DNA of 64,000 bases from the human T2T-CHM13v2.0 reference genome, Homo sapiens. The translations under genes were made by a program, and so were the position numbers. The notes below the pieces were generated by a model. The model saw nothing but the letters and a program-made list of their open reading frames with translations. It did no database searches and was not told where the DNA came from. This document shows positions 1 to 12,084 of the stretch, one piece after another. How positions within the stretch are numbered: the first letter of the stretch is position 1; each line of letters opens with the position of its first letter. The stretch is from the NCBI RefSeq assembly GCF_009914755.1, contig NC_060944.1; one strand, given 5' to 3'.

Positions 1-195
1 TCCTGCAGCCCTGGTCAAGCCTTCAGATGATGGACGTCCAGCTGACCTGTGACACAAGAGACTCTGAGCCAGAACCACAGATGAGCCTCTCCTGAACTGT
101 TGGCCAACAGAATTCACGAGAGATAATAAGTTACTGTTATTGCTTTAAGCCACTTAGTATTGGGCTGACGTCTTGTGCAGCATTTAACAACTAAC
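1..195 (+). mobile_element. MLT1 (ERVL-MaLR) LTR, 3' part
   Basis: MLT1-like 'gagactctgagccagaaccac' and terminal 'gctttaagccacttagtattggg...gcagcatttaacaactaa'. Confidence 0.75.
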
Positions 196-249
196 GTTGC
201 CTAATGCTCTGACTCTGCTTCAACCACTCTGGGTTGCTCAAAAAGTCAA

Positions 250-645
250 GGCTTATTTCTGCCTCAGGGACTTTGTATTTCTTACTCTTTCCAAATAAAA
301 TTTTTCTTTCTCATATTGCCACATGGTAACTTCCTTACCTCATTAAAACATCTGTTCAAATGTTATATACCAGGAGATCCTCCCTCAGCACTTAAACAGC
401 AAAAAAAAGTCCCCTTCCTGCCTCCACAGTCATTTTCTAGCCTATTTTCTCACGATTTTTTCTTCACTGCACATTACTGTAGCTGAGACTATATGTTGAT
501 GTATTTATTTAATTATCTGTCTTCTCATTAGAATATAAGCTTCATGAAGGCAGAAATTTTAAGTTTTATTCAACAGGTTCACCAGAGCCCAGACAAAAAA
601 AAAACACAACACCTCAATTAAAACATGTTAAATAGATATTGAAAT
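250..645 (+). mobile_element. L2 LINE 3' end relic
   Basis: 'gcctcagggactttg', 'tagaatataagcttcatgaaggcag' and 'ctcaattaaaacatgttaaat' resemble the L2a 3' end. Confidence 0.7.
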
Positions 646-699
646 AACTCAATCATTTCCTGGGTTCTTTTCTAGGATTCCATCAGGGAACCCTAGTCA

Positions 700-830
700 A
701 CACCATATGGAGAAAAAGAACCACCTGGCTGAGCCCAGCCAGAATCCCTGACCCACTGATTGTGAGCAAAATAGAATAAATGGTTTTGTCTCTGTTTTGG
801 GGGTGTTTATAATAAAATAATAGTTTACAT
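700..830 (+). mobile_element. MLT1 LTR 3' fragment
   Basis: 'gagcccagccagaatccctgacccactgattgtgagcaaaat...ttttgggggtg'. Confidence 0.5.
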
Positions 831-2120
831 GAACAAAAGGCTTCCACCCTTTTATTCTCAATATCAGTTCTTGGTCCTCTTCCCTGAAATATTCCTAACC
901 ATTCATTTCAGGGGCCTGATACCAAAGACAGCCTTAAGAAACCCTGATAGAAGCTTTTTCTGCCTAGCAGAAAGCACAGATACATCAAGAAATAATTAAA
1001 GTCACACTCTCAATTCTTAACTTCTTTTAATTGAGATCATCAAAGAGAAACAGATTTCATTACATGCACAGCATGTGGGCTACCTTTTCTGGAGTTCATG
1101 CTTTATTCATTCAAATGGTTTCATTTCACCCAGTGTTTTGTTGCAAATAAGTGACTTAAATTGAAAAAGAAGAGAGGACAGAATAATTTAAACTGAAAAA
1201 TAAAATCTAATACTTGGAAGATTGTTCTGTCAGGAGTGAGAATTTAAAACTAAATTTTTAATGGCCAATGTAAAAATTTAATATACTGCATGTACCTCTG
1301 GAGGAATGATATATTTAATTAAAGTCAGACAGCCAAGACAACATTCGCTATAGAGACACACATCTCTCCAAATGGAAGTATGCCTTTGCAACAAGTTTTC
1401 TACTCTTTATTGTTTAAGGATTTTTCCCTTTCATTTTTAATAACATATCTTTTAAATATATTTTACTGTTATCTCTAGCACTTCTGTTGTTAGAAATGTC
1501 AGAGATTGCTGAAATCTATAATGAAAAAGAGACATTAATCTATAATTCTAGCACCTTGTTGTAACCACAATTAACATCGTTTTCTTTCTATTCTATTTCT
1601 ATATCTATTCATGTACATTCCCTTTCTAAGACTTAAAGAATGTATGTATTGCCTCACACATAAACCGACAACATCACTGGCTTTTGCTGTGATTTTTTTT
1701 CATTGGTGAAGTATGTATTTATTCTATTAGATATCAAAGTAGTTCAAGGTGGATAATTTGTCCTGAGATTCCTGGACTGGACTGACCAGCTGGCATAGAC
1801 CAAGCTCTGGTGACCGTTTATGTCATCAACAACTATTTGGGCATAGGCTCCGCGAGGTAACATAAGGGATAGAGATTAATATAAAATATGGCACCTGCTG
1901 TTAAAGGGCTGCTGGGTCAATAGGAAAACACTGGCTACAATATGAGTATTTTATTCTAATATGATAAATGCAAAAACAGAAATATGTCCCAGGTAACAAA
2001 GAGGTAGGAGGAGAGATCATTTACTGCCCTTGGTACTGTTAGAGTTAGAGTATCCCGGCTAAATTACATTAATTGTCTATAATTAAAAGAAATAATTATT
2101 CCAAAATGAAAAAAAAAGCA

Positions 2121-2160
2121 GGACCACGGGGTGGCTCACGCCTGTAATCCCAGCACTTTG
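2121..2160 (+). mobile_element. Alu 5' stub (40 bp)
   Basis: 'gtggctcacgcctgtaatcccagcactttg' then abrupt end. Confidence 0.85.
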
Positions 2161-2204
2161 ATTGACTCTAGCATGTGCTCCCCTATGTTCAAAGATTAAG
2201 TAAC

Positions 2205-2350
2205 TTAATCTTCCCATAATGAATTTACAAGGGTTGTACAACTGTTATCCCCATTTATAGCTGAGAAAACTGAGGCACAAGCCATGCAATTAACCCAGTA
2301 TACACCAGTATTGTGTAACAAAGTCAGGCTTTGAAGATAAATTGTCCCAG
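2205..2350 (-). mobile_element. MIR SINE
   Basis: Reverse MIR core 'ttatccccatttatagctgagaaaactgaggcaca'. Confidence 0.75.
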
Positions 2351-2835
2351 AGACTAAGGCATTGAGTAAGCACAGAGGATGAACCACACAGAATCCTTCA
2401 TGTGAGCCACCATGCGCATGAAGCACCTACTGTATGTCTAGGACCCAATGATGGATTCAAAATCATAACATACACTGTCCTGCCCTTCCCTATTCTCAGG
2501 AATTCTACATACTTATTAAGAATTAAAGATGTGCATATATTAGCAAATTCCACAAACATGTCTACAATTGACAGCATGAAGAGATGATTGTTTGTTTATA
2601 GAAGGAGAACATTGTGAGAGCGAGAAACTTTATTCAACAGAATAAAATTTAACAGCCACTTACAGATATTTCAATAATCAGTTTTGATGTGGGAAAGAAA
2701 TATTTTGAACCATAAACCTTAGAATATTATTAAAAAACTAATGAGAATTTGAGACCCTAAGTAAATCCCAAGATTGCGTTTTTTGGGTTTGTTATGTGAT
2801 GCTTTAGCTTAGAACTCTTTAGAAAATCACAATGG

Positions 2836-3142
2836 GGCTGGGCATGGTGGCTCATGCCTGTAATTCTAGCACTTTGGGAGGCCAAGGCAGGAGGAATGCT
2901 TGAGTCCAGAAGTTCGAGATCATCCTGGGCAACAAAGCAAGACCCCCGTCTCTACCCAAAATTGAAAAACTAGCCAGTTGTGGTGGCACATGCCTGTAGT
3001 CCCAGCTACTTGGGAGGCTGAGGCGAGAGGATCACTTGAGCCAGGAGTTCCAGGTTGCAATGAGCTGTGATCACACCACTGCAGTCCAGCCTGGATGGCA
3101 GAGTGAGAGCCTGTCTCAAAAAAAAAAAAAAGAAAGAAAGAA
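2836..3142 (+). mobile_element. AluJ, full length
   Basis: Dimeric Alu with J-type 'ggaggaatgcttgag' and 'gaggatcacttgagcc'; A/GAAA tail; TSD agaaaatcaNNatg at 2821-2834 and 3143-3156. Confidence 0.95.
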
Positions 3143-4002
3143 AGAAAATCATGATGTTGAATGAAGTGATTGAGCCAACTGCTGTGCTGAGTCTATGCAA
3201 AACAAACATCTCATGGGACAACTCATGTCCCAACCATCAGACATTCTCAACATCTCACCCACTCTGGCATTATTCAATTTAGCACATATCTTTCCTGGCT
3301 TTCATGACCAGTTGAGTACATAAAATATCCCCAGAGGGTCCCAGAAGTTGTGAAGCTGTAGAAGTGAAAACACATTAGACCAGTACTCACTGCTCGAAAT
3401 GTCTCAAAGGCAAGAGCAGGTGGCCACCAAGGAAAGAGGCGCTTTGTTTGTTGTTTTAAAAACTAATCATCTCCACGGCAATAATGCTGTTGGCAAATGT
3501 TTTCTTTCACAATTCCATATTTAAGAATATTACTTTGGAAGTTATAAATTGCCAGTTATTATTTGATTATCTCAGCTTGGAGTTTGCTACATAATGACTT
3601 CCTCAGTAGGATGCCGAGCTGCTAATTCATAACCTCCTTCTGAAAAAGCTTTTCAGGAAATTTGTAACAAATCCATTAAATTAAAATGAATTTGTGCTAT
3701 ATTGAGAAGTAACTGAACCATATGGGGCCAATCCAAATAACATTCTTTCTTTTTCTTTTCCTCCAACCCAAAGAACATTCATTCCATTTACTTCTCTTGA
3801 GTGAGGAGGCATGTGCTGTTTTTAAGGGTCATGATCTTCATGATTCTTGCAGAGGGAAATCAAATCTTGTCATGAGATCCATTTAAAAGTTTTCTCTCCT
3901 GTGAGATATGGGTCCAGTTACAGTCTGTCATGCTTTGTAGAGAGTGCAAGCTGCAAATACTTCAAAAGTGCATTTATGATTTGGAGTTACCACTCTAAAG
4001 GG

Positions 4003-4280
4003 CAGCAGTTTGCAACCTTGGCTGTAGCTGGGGAGCTGTTAAAAACCTGGATGTGCAGGCCACACTCCAGAGCAATTAAATTAGAGCCTCTAGTGGGGAG
4101 CCCAGGCATCAGTATTTTAAAAGCTCATCATGTGCTTTAGATGTGCAGTGAGGGGCAGTGGTTTCCACATTTGAGTGACTGCATCCATGTTATGTGGAGC
4201 ACTTGGTAAAATACAGACTGCTGCCCCCTCAGCCCTTGTTTCTGATTGAGTCAGGTATGGATGGAGTTGAGAATCTGCTG
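4003..4280. mobile_element. Two adjacent MER5-type (hAT-Charlie) DNA transposon relics
   Basis: 'cagcagtttgcaaccttggctg...cccaggcatcagtattttaaaagctc' followed by 'cagtggtttccacatttgag...gtttctgattgagtcagg...gagaatctgc'. Confidence 0.65.
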
Positions 4281-4689
4281 CTTGTCTGGAGATCACACTC
4301 CCTAGAAGAAAGACCTGAGGCCCATTCAGAAAACCCAGATCCAAATCCCAGTAGCTAAAAACACGTGAGAATCATTTTCAACATCTGCAAAAAGGGGCAA
4401 AGTAATTCATCCTTCCAATCCTTCTGAAAGAATTAATTGTAAATAAGGTTGGTGAACACTCTTGATAAAACTTAAGGTTTGCAATATTTGGGTTCTTTTA
4501 GGTTACAATGAATAAAAATCTCTTCAGGGATAATATTCAAAAAGGTAAAGATCATGGCTTTAATGAAAATAAAAATGTGCCCATGATTTTATTTATTAGC
4601 TAATGATCTAAGACACAAAAACAGATTCAAGGAACTATTAGGCTACCAAGAGGCTGAAATGATTTGTTAATAGATGCAAAACTGGGTAA

Positions 4690-5186
<497 letters not shown>

Positions 5187-5820
5187 AGGAGGGTACTTCT
5201 ATTTCTAGGAATTGCAAAATAGCCTGGCTGAGGACAGTTAAAGACATTCACACCATAGAATTAGACAGTCCCTGGAGGTGCAGTGTCCTGCATGGGAGGG
5301 TTGAGACCAGTGGTCTTCTCTGTTCTTTTCAAAAGACAGCCATAATGATGAAATTAGGAAATTTATAGTCTCATGATTTCTCATAACAGTGATCCCTACT
5401 TGTCTTCTGAGAGACAAATTACCTTGGCTTTTGTTTTCCGTGTTCCTTTTCTCTGCCTTTGGTGAAAGCCACAAGCCTCTATACCTAGCTTTCTACAACT
5501 AAGACTAGAAAGGAGACTGGGCTAAAGAAGCAAGTGCCTGCTTGATTCTGGGAATCCTACCCACCAGGCACTGCCTGAGACATGCCTCCTTGGATCCCAT
5601 TCATACATTATTTGTAAAATATTAAAAATAATAAAAGTCAGCCATTTGAAAAAAACAAAGAGACAGGAAGCTATACTTTCTTAAGTGACTCAACCCAAAA
5701 TCTCTAGGGAGAACATGTGCAAAATCTCTAGAGAACATGAAGAAAACTCAAGTAGAGAGAGTAGAAAAAAGATAAAATCACAGCATACTGTTATTTTAGA
5801 AATCAAAGTGGAGAATAAGA

Positions 5821-6510
5821 TATCTCACTGTGTCTTGGATTTGCATTAGCTGGTGATTAGTGATGTTGAGCATTTTTTATATGCTTGTTGGCCACCTGTA
5901 TGTCTTCTTTTGAGAAGTATCTGTTCTTCTCTTTTGCCCACTTTTTAACGGGGTTATTTGCTTTTTGCTTGTTAAATTGTTTAAGTTCCTCATAGATTCT
6001 GGATGTTAGACCTTTGTCAGATGCATAGCTTGTGAATATTTGCTCCCATTCTGTAGGTTGTCTGTTTACTTTGTTGATAATTTCTTTTGCTGTGCAGAAG
6101 CTCTTCAGTTTAATCAGATCCCACTTGGCAATTTTTGTTATTTTGCAATTGCTTTTGAGAATTTGGTCAAAAATTCTTTCGAAAGGCTGATGTCCAGAAC
6201 GGTATTTCCTAGGTTTTCTTCTAGGATTTTTCTAATTTGAGACTTTACATTTAAATCTTTAATCTGCCCTGAGTTAATTTTTGTATATGGTGAAATTAGG
6301 GGCCTAGTTTCATTCTTCTGCATATAGCTAGTTAGTTATACCAGCACCATTTATTGAACAGGAAGTCCTTTCCCTATTGCTTCTTTTTGTCAACTTTGTT
6401 GAAGACCAGGTGGCTATAGGCGTGCTGCTTTACTTCTGGGTTCTTTATTCTTTTCCACTTGTCTATATGTCTGTTTTTGTGCCAGTACCATGCTGTTTTG
6501 GTTACTATAG
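5821..6510 (-). mobile_element. L1P (L1PB/old L1PA) ORF2 C-terminal fragment
   Basis: Reverse L1 ORF2; ORF 6138..6323 gives L1-like 'SPYTKINS...IKDLNVK...[10 protein letters not shown]'. Confidence 0.9.
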
Positions 6511-6559
6511 CATTCTTAGGCATCTTAGTAGGTATTACCAACTCTCATAAATTGCTCTC

Positions 6560-8050
6560 CATTATTTTTTTATAGAGAGATAGTTTCCTTTCCTCTTTTC
6601 CAACTGACAACTTATATTCATTATTATATGCAAACCTCAAGTACAATGTTGAATAAAGGTATTAGTGGGTGTCCTTATTATGCTCTTTATTTTAAAATAA
6701 ATACATCTAAAGTTTCTTCATTTAAAGTAATGTTTGCTGGATGCTTTAGGAACATACTTTATAGGCTAAGAGAATTTTTCCCTATTTTTCAGCTAGTAAG
6801 AGTTTTTATCATGAAGAGATTTCAAATTTTATCAAATATGTTTTCTATATATATTGAGGTGACTATTAGAATTTTCTTTAATATGCTAATGTGGTGAATT
6901 ACATTTATAAATTTTTATAATGTTAACTTCCTGCATTTTTAGAATAAGCTTCAACCCAATTATAATATTTTAACTTTTTAATAAGTTACTCTATTTGGTT
7001 ATTTTCTATATTGCTTAAGGGTTTTGCATTTACGTTCATAATCATGTTTAAGCAATAATTTCTTGTTCTTATACTTTCCTTTTTAGATTATGATATTACA
7101 GTTACCATTGTTGAGTAATGATCCTTATTTTTCTCTCCTTGGAAGAGTTTTATCATGTTGGAATGATCTGGTCTTTAAAAGACAGATTCAAATTTTATGT
7201 AAAATGGTTTGGTGTGTTTGGGATTTTGTGTGTGTGTGTGTGGAAAGATTTTGAAATATTGATTCAATTTCCTTAACAATAAAAGGATTTTATTTAGATA
7301 TATATTCTGTTGGCAGAGTTGTACGTTGTGTTTTTTATTATCTTTTAATTAGCTTTTTAATCTCTGCTACACCTATTGTTATGCTTCTTCCTCATTCATT
7401 TTTTTTTTCAAAATAGTTTTGAAATGTAGTGTTTTTATTATATTTAGTTGTAATTAATTTTAAAGTTTCATTTTGATTTCTTCTTTGCCTTATGTGTTAT
7501 TTAGAAGAATATTATTTAATTACCAAAATTATAGTATTTCTTTTTCTCTTTTTGTAAGTGATTTCCAACTTAATTGCATTGTGGTCAGAGAGAATGACTC
7601 TATGGTGCTAATTTCTTTGAAAAGTTTTGAGCTTTATAGCCCAATATATGTTTGATGTATTTTTCTAAATATGATTTATGTGTGCTTGAGAGAAACACAT
7701 ATTCTCTATTCATCAAATCAAGGGTGGTAATTGTATGGTCCAAATCTTTTAAATTCTTACTAATTCTCTGTTTAGTTGACCTCTTAATAATTAATAAATA
7801 TGTCAAAATATCCCACTATATTAGTGATTTGTCCTTTTACCCCTGGAGGCCTGTCAAATATACACTATATATACATAGAACTATTTTATAGGTATGTAAA
7901 AGTTTTTATTTATTGTATAATTCTTATCATTTAAACACTATTATTAAAGCTTCAATTTACCACATTTTCATAGTAAAATATCTTTTTTTAATATTATGAC
8001 AGCAACCCCAGCCTTCATTTGGGTAATATTTGCCTGCAATATCTTTTTAA
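6560..8050 (-). mobile_element. Old L1M ORF2 fragments
   Basis: 'gtacaatgttgaata', 'attgcattgtggtcagaga', 'gcaaccccagccttcatttgggtaatatttgcctg'. Confidence 0.75.
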
Positions 8051-8074
8051 ACTCCTTCCATGACCTTATACCTG

Positions 8075-9650
8075 ACCAGGAATACTTTGTAGATATTTTG
8101 CTAAAATTCCATCTATTGGGATTTGTCTGGTGTTTTTCTCATAATTATATTAGGGGTCATTGGTTTCTGCCAGGAAGACTGCAGAGGTAAATTGATATTT
8201 CATCACATTGTATCAAGGGTGGATACAATCTACATGACTTATCACCCTTGATGTTGACCTGGCTGAGGTAGTGTTTGTCAAGTTTCCCCACCTCAAAGTT
8301 ACTCTCCTCTCAACCCCCTTTTCCGTACTGTACTATTTTGGAGGCGGCACCACTCATATTTAGGGAATTAGGAGTTATGCTTCATCTTCCTGAAACTGGA
8401 ATATCTGCATATATTATTTGGAATTCTTATGCATAGGAGACTTATCACCAGTCCCCATTTATTTATTTGTTCAATCATATCTTTCATGAACTCATAGTTT
8501 TTTTTTTTGCACTTTGGGTTATAATCCAATGTTAGACTACTTTATGTTATCAAATTATTCCAACCTTGGCTATTGGGAGTTTTTTGGTCAGTCCCTGTGC
8601 TTTTTTGACAAACCCTCATGAATGTAGCTTTATTTTACCTATTTCTTACTTTCTTGCATCACAAGGCGCTCCAGTCTCTATTTCGTATATTCCCTATCCC
8701 TGTCTTAGAATCAGCTCTTTTGCCAAGAAGCTGTGGTTCCTTACATTGGAAAACGGTATTTGAAACCAAGATGTGAGCTTGTAGTGTGATCATTGCTGCT
8801 GGGATGTGGTCTTTTCTAAGCTACCTCAGCTGACAGAGCAAGGAAACGTGTATATGAATGTTTATACCATGTGTCTATGTATAGATGCACACACATATAT
8901 AGGCTGATGTACACATATACATAAGCTAGTAAACCACATCCCAGCAACAATAATCACACCTCAAGCTCAGATATATATACACACAAACACACGTGTATAT
9001 ATATATATATATATATATTTGAGCTTGTAATGTGATACATATGTGTGTATGTAATGTGATGTGTGTGTATATATATGTATATATAAAAAACCACATACAT
9101 ACATATATGTATATATGTGCATATATGTATAACCACATTCCAGGAGCAATGATATATATACACATATATGTATCTATGTGTGTATATGTACATGTATACA
9201 CATATACATATATGTGTGTACACTCGTACATGCATACACATGTGTGTACACTTGTACATGTATACACATGTGTACCTGCATGTATACACACATACATACA
9301 TACTAGCCCATATATATGTACACGCCTATATATAAATGTTTTGATATAATCATTTGTATCTATATTTAACTAAATAGGAGTTAATACTGATGTTTCCAAC
9401 TAAGTCCATTATCATGTAAATCATTATAGCCTCCTCCCCTTGCTTGTTGGTAAACTCCCACTCTAACAGTGAGAAACTTGGCTTCCACCATCCACCACCA
9501 TTTACTTAATTGTTCAATTCCAGTACACATGTAAAATAGTATCAGAATTGTTGACTCCTATTCCCATGGGAAACAATGTTATTAACTAGAGCACAGTGCT
9601 TAAATTCAGTTCCTTCACCCTTAGTTTCACATACTCCACTAGGATTTCCT
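8075..9650 (-). mobile_element. L1MC-type 3' end, interrupted by a microsatellite
   Basis: 'gggatttgtctggtgtttttctcat', 'cctggctgaggtagtgtttgtca', 'aacagtgagaaacttggcttccaccatccaccac'. Confidence 0.75.
8850..9340. repeat. Compound (TA)/(TG)/(CA) low-complexity tract
   Basis: Directly visible; pure (TA)n run at ~8996-9018. Confidence 0.95.
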
Positions 9651-9949
9651 GTTATGTCTTCCAAAGTTAAACAGTCGTCATAAGGATTCCTACCGAGCAA
9701 TACAAAATTAATTGAAATCCCATCTTTATCATTTATAAATATTAGATCTCACTTCTGAGCCTTTATATGTTTCAATGATTTATGTATTTTTATGCAGATG
9801 TTTTAATTATTATACCTTTATTATGTGTTTTAATAACAGGTAATACACACATTTCTTCATTATTTTTGCTTAATGTTTGTTAAATATGTTTAATATTTAA
9901 AATGTATTCCCATTAGTCCTGAAAATTATCTTGTATATTTTCACAGTTT

Positions 9950-12075
9950 GTTTCCAACCATCTGGCCCTATGAAATACTTTCTGTCCCTACCTGTTCTAG
10001 AATTTCATCAAGATGAAATAACACAGTTATATATGCTTTCAGGCCAGCTTCTTTTGCTCAACATGATGATTTTAAAATTCATCCATATTGTTGTGTGTAT
10101 TCATTAGTTAATTCTGGTTTATTGATAAGTAGAATTTCATTGTGTAAATTTACTACAATTTTGATGAACATTTTGGGTTGTTTTCAGTTTTGACTATTAT
10201 AGGCAAAGTTTCTATTAATATTCTTATATAAACTTTATTGTAAACATTATATTTTATTTTGAGAATATCTAGGAGTCAAATTTCTGGGTCATATGGTCAG
10301 TGTTTTTTAACTCTTATTTTTAACAGCTTTATTGAAATATAATTGAGATTATACAATGTAACCACCCAAATGTATAATTCAGTGATTTAAAATCTATTTT
10401 CTGTTATTCCACCATGACTGCTATGAATTTTAAAACATTTTCATCACCACAAAAAGAACCTACACAACTTTTAGCAGTTAGTTCCCATTTCTCTCTGACA
10501 TCCATGGTCCTAGACAATCATTAGTCTACTGTATATCTTTCCTGATTCACCTATTCTAGACATTTCATACCAAAGGAATCATTTGTGTTTGGGGCACTGG
10601 CTTCTTTCACTTAACATGTTTTCAAAAAGTACACTTACTTATATTGAATAATGTTTTGACATTTTATTCCTTTTTATGTCAAATAGCATTCTATTGTAAG
10701 GATATACCGCACTTACTTATCCACTCATTTGTTGATGAATATGTAGTTCTTTTCCACTGTTTGGTTGCTATGAATAATGCTTCTATGTACATTTTCACAC
10801 AAGTCTTTGCATGAACATGTTTTCATTTCTCTTGTGTATATACCTGGGGGTGAAATTTCCAGTCATATGGAAACTCTGCTTAACATTTTGAGCAAAGGCC
10901 AAACTGGTTTGCAAAGCAGATATACCATTTTACATTTCCAATAATGTGTGAGGGTCCCACCTCCTTCACACTCTTGCCTACACTTTATATTGTTCATCTT
11001 TCTTAATTTTAGCCATCCTAGGGTATATGAAGTGATATCACCTTGGTTTTGATTTGCATTTCCCTAAGGGCTAGTGATGTTGAACATATTTTCCTGTGCT
11101 TATTGGCCATTAACATATCTTCTTGGCAGAAATGTTTATGTAGATCTTTTGCCCACTTTTAGTTCATTGTATGTTCTTTTTATTGTTAAGTTATAAGAAT
11201 TATTTGTATATTTTGGATCCTAGACTTGTATCTGATACAGTCAATCCTCATTATTCACAGATTTTGTGTTTGTGAATTGCCTACTTGCTAAAACTTTTTG
11301 GTAGCTTCAAAATCAACACTCACAGTGCTTTCACAGTTATTCACAGATATGCACAGGGTGGCAAAACGTTTGAGTCACTTGGCATGCAGCTTCCCAGCTA
11401 CAGTTCAATAAAATGATGCTTTACCTTGATGTTTTAGCTCTCAGACCGTAAACAGTTGTCCTTTTTTTGTCTACTGAATGCCATGATTTTTACATTTTTA
11501 TGCTTTTTGTTGTTGTTGATTTCTCTGTTTTATAGGGGCTGTGTTGATGTGCTGACTACTGTCCCTAAATGCAGGAAGGCTGTCAAGTCCCTTACATAGA
11601 AAATACTTGTGTTAGATACATAGCATTCAGGCATGAGTGATAGTGCTGTTGGTTGTGAGTTCAATGTTAATAAATCAAAAATATTTATTAAATAAGGTGT
11701 CTTTAAATAGTACCATACATAAAGCAAGGTTAGGTATTGATTGGTTGACACAAAAGTGATATGGTCAGAAGCTCACAGAAATCTAACCTTGTATTTTTTA
11801 CTTTAGGATCAGTGGTTCTGTATTTGCTAATTCAGCGTTTGTGGAGACTTTATGGAACATAGCTACTGTGAATAATGACAAATTGACCTTATATTATTTG
11901 GAGATATTTTCTCCCAGCCTGTAGGTTATCTTTTCACATTTTTTATTGTATCCTTTGAAGGACAGTGTTAAGCTTTGATAAAGTATAATTATCTATTTTT
12001 TCTTTTGTTATTTTTGTTTATGCTTTTTGTCTAAGAAGACATGACAACAAAGATTATGAGATTTGCCCCTATATT
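9950..12075 (-). mobile_element. L1ME/L1MB 3' ends (L1MB from ~10315), split by MER82
   Basis: 'ttttaacagctttattgaaatataatt', 'cctattctagacatttcatac', 'gttttgatttgcatttcccta'. Confidence 0.8.
11238..11889 (+). mobile_element. MER82 (Tigger-derived DNA transposon)
   Basis: Terminal inverted repeats 'cagtcaatcctcattattcacag' and 'ctgtgaataatgacaaattgac'; TA flanks; ~650 bp. Confidence 0.8.
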
Positions 12076-12084
12076 GATATTATA

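Noticed and set aside
8926-9349. Tyr/Ile/His-rich ORFs
   Set aside because: Microsatellite translation artefacts.
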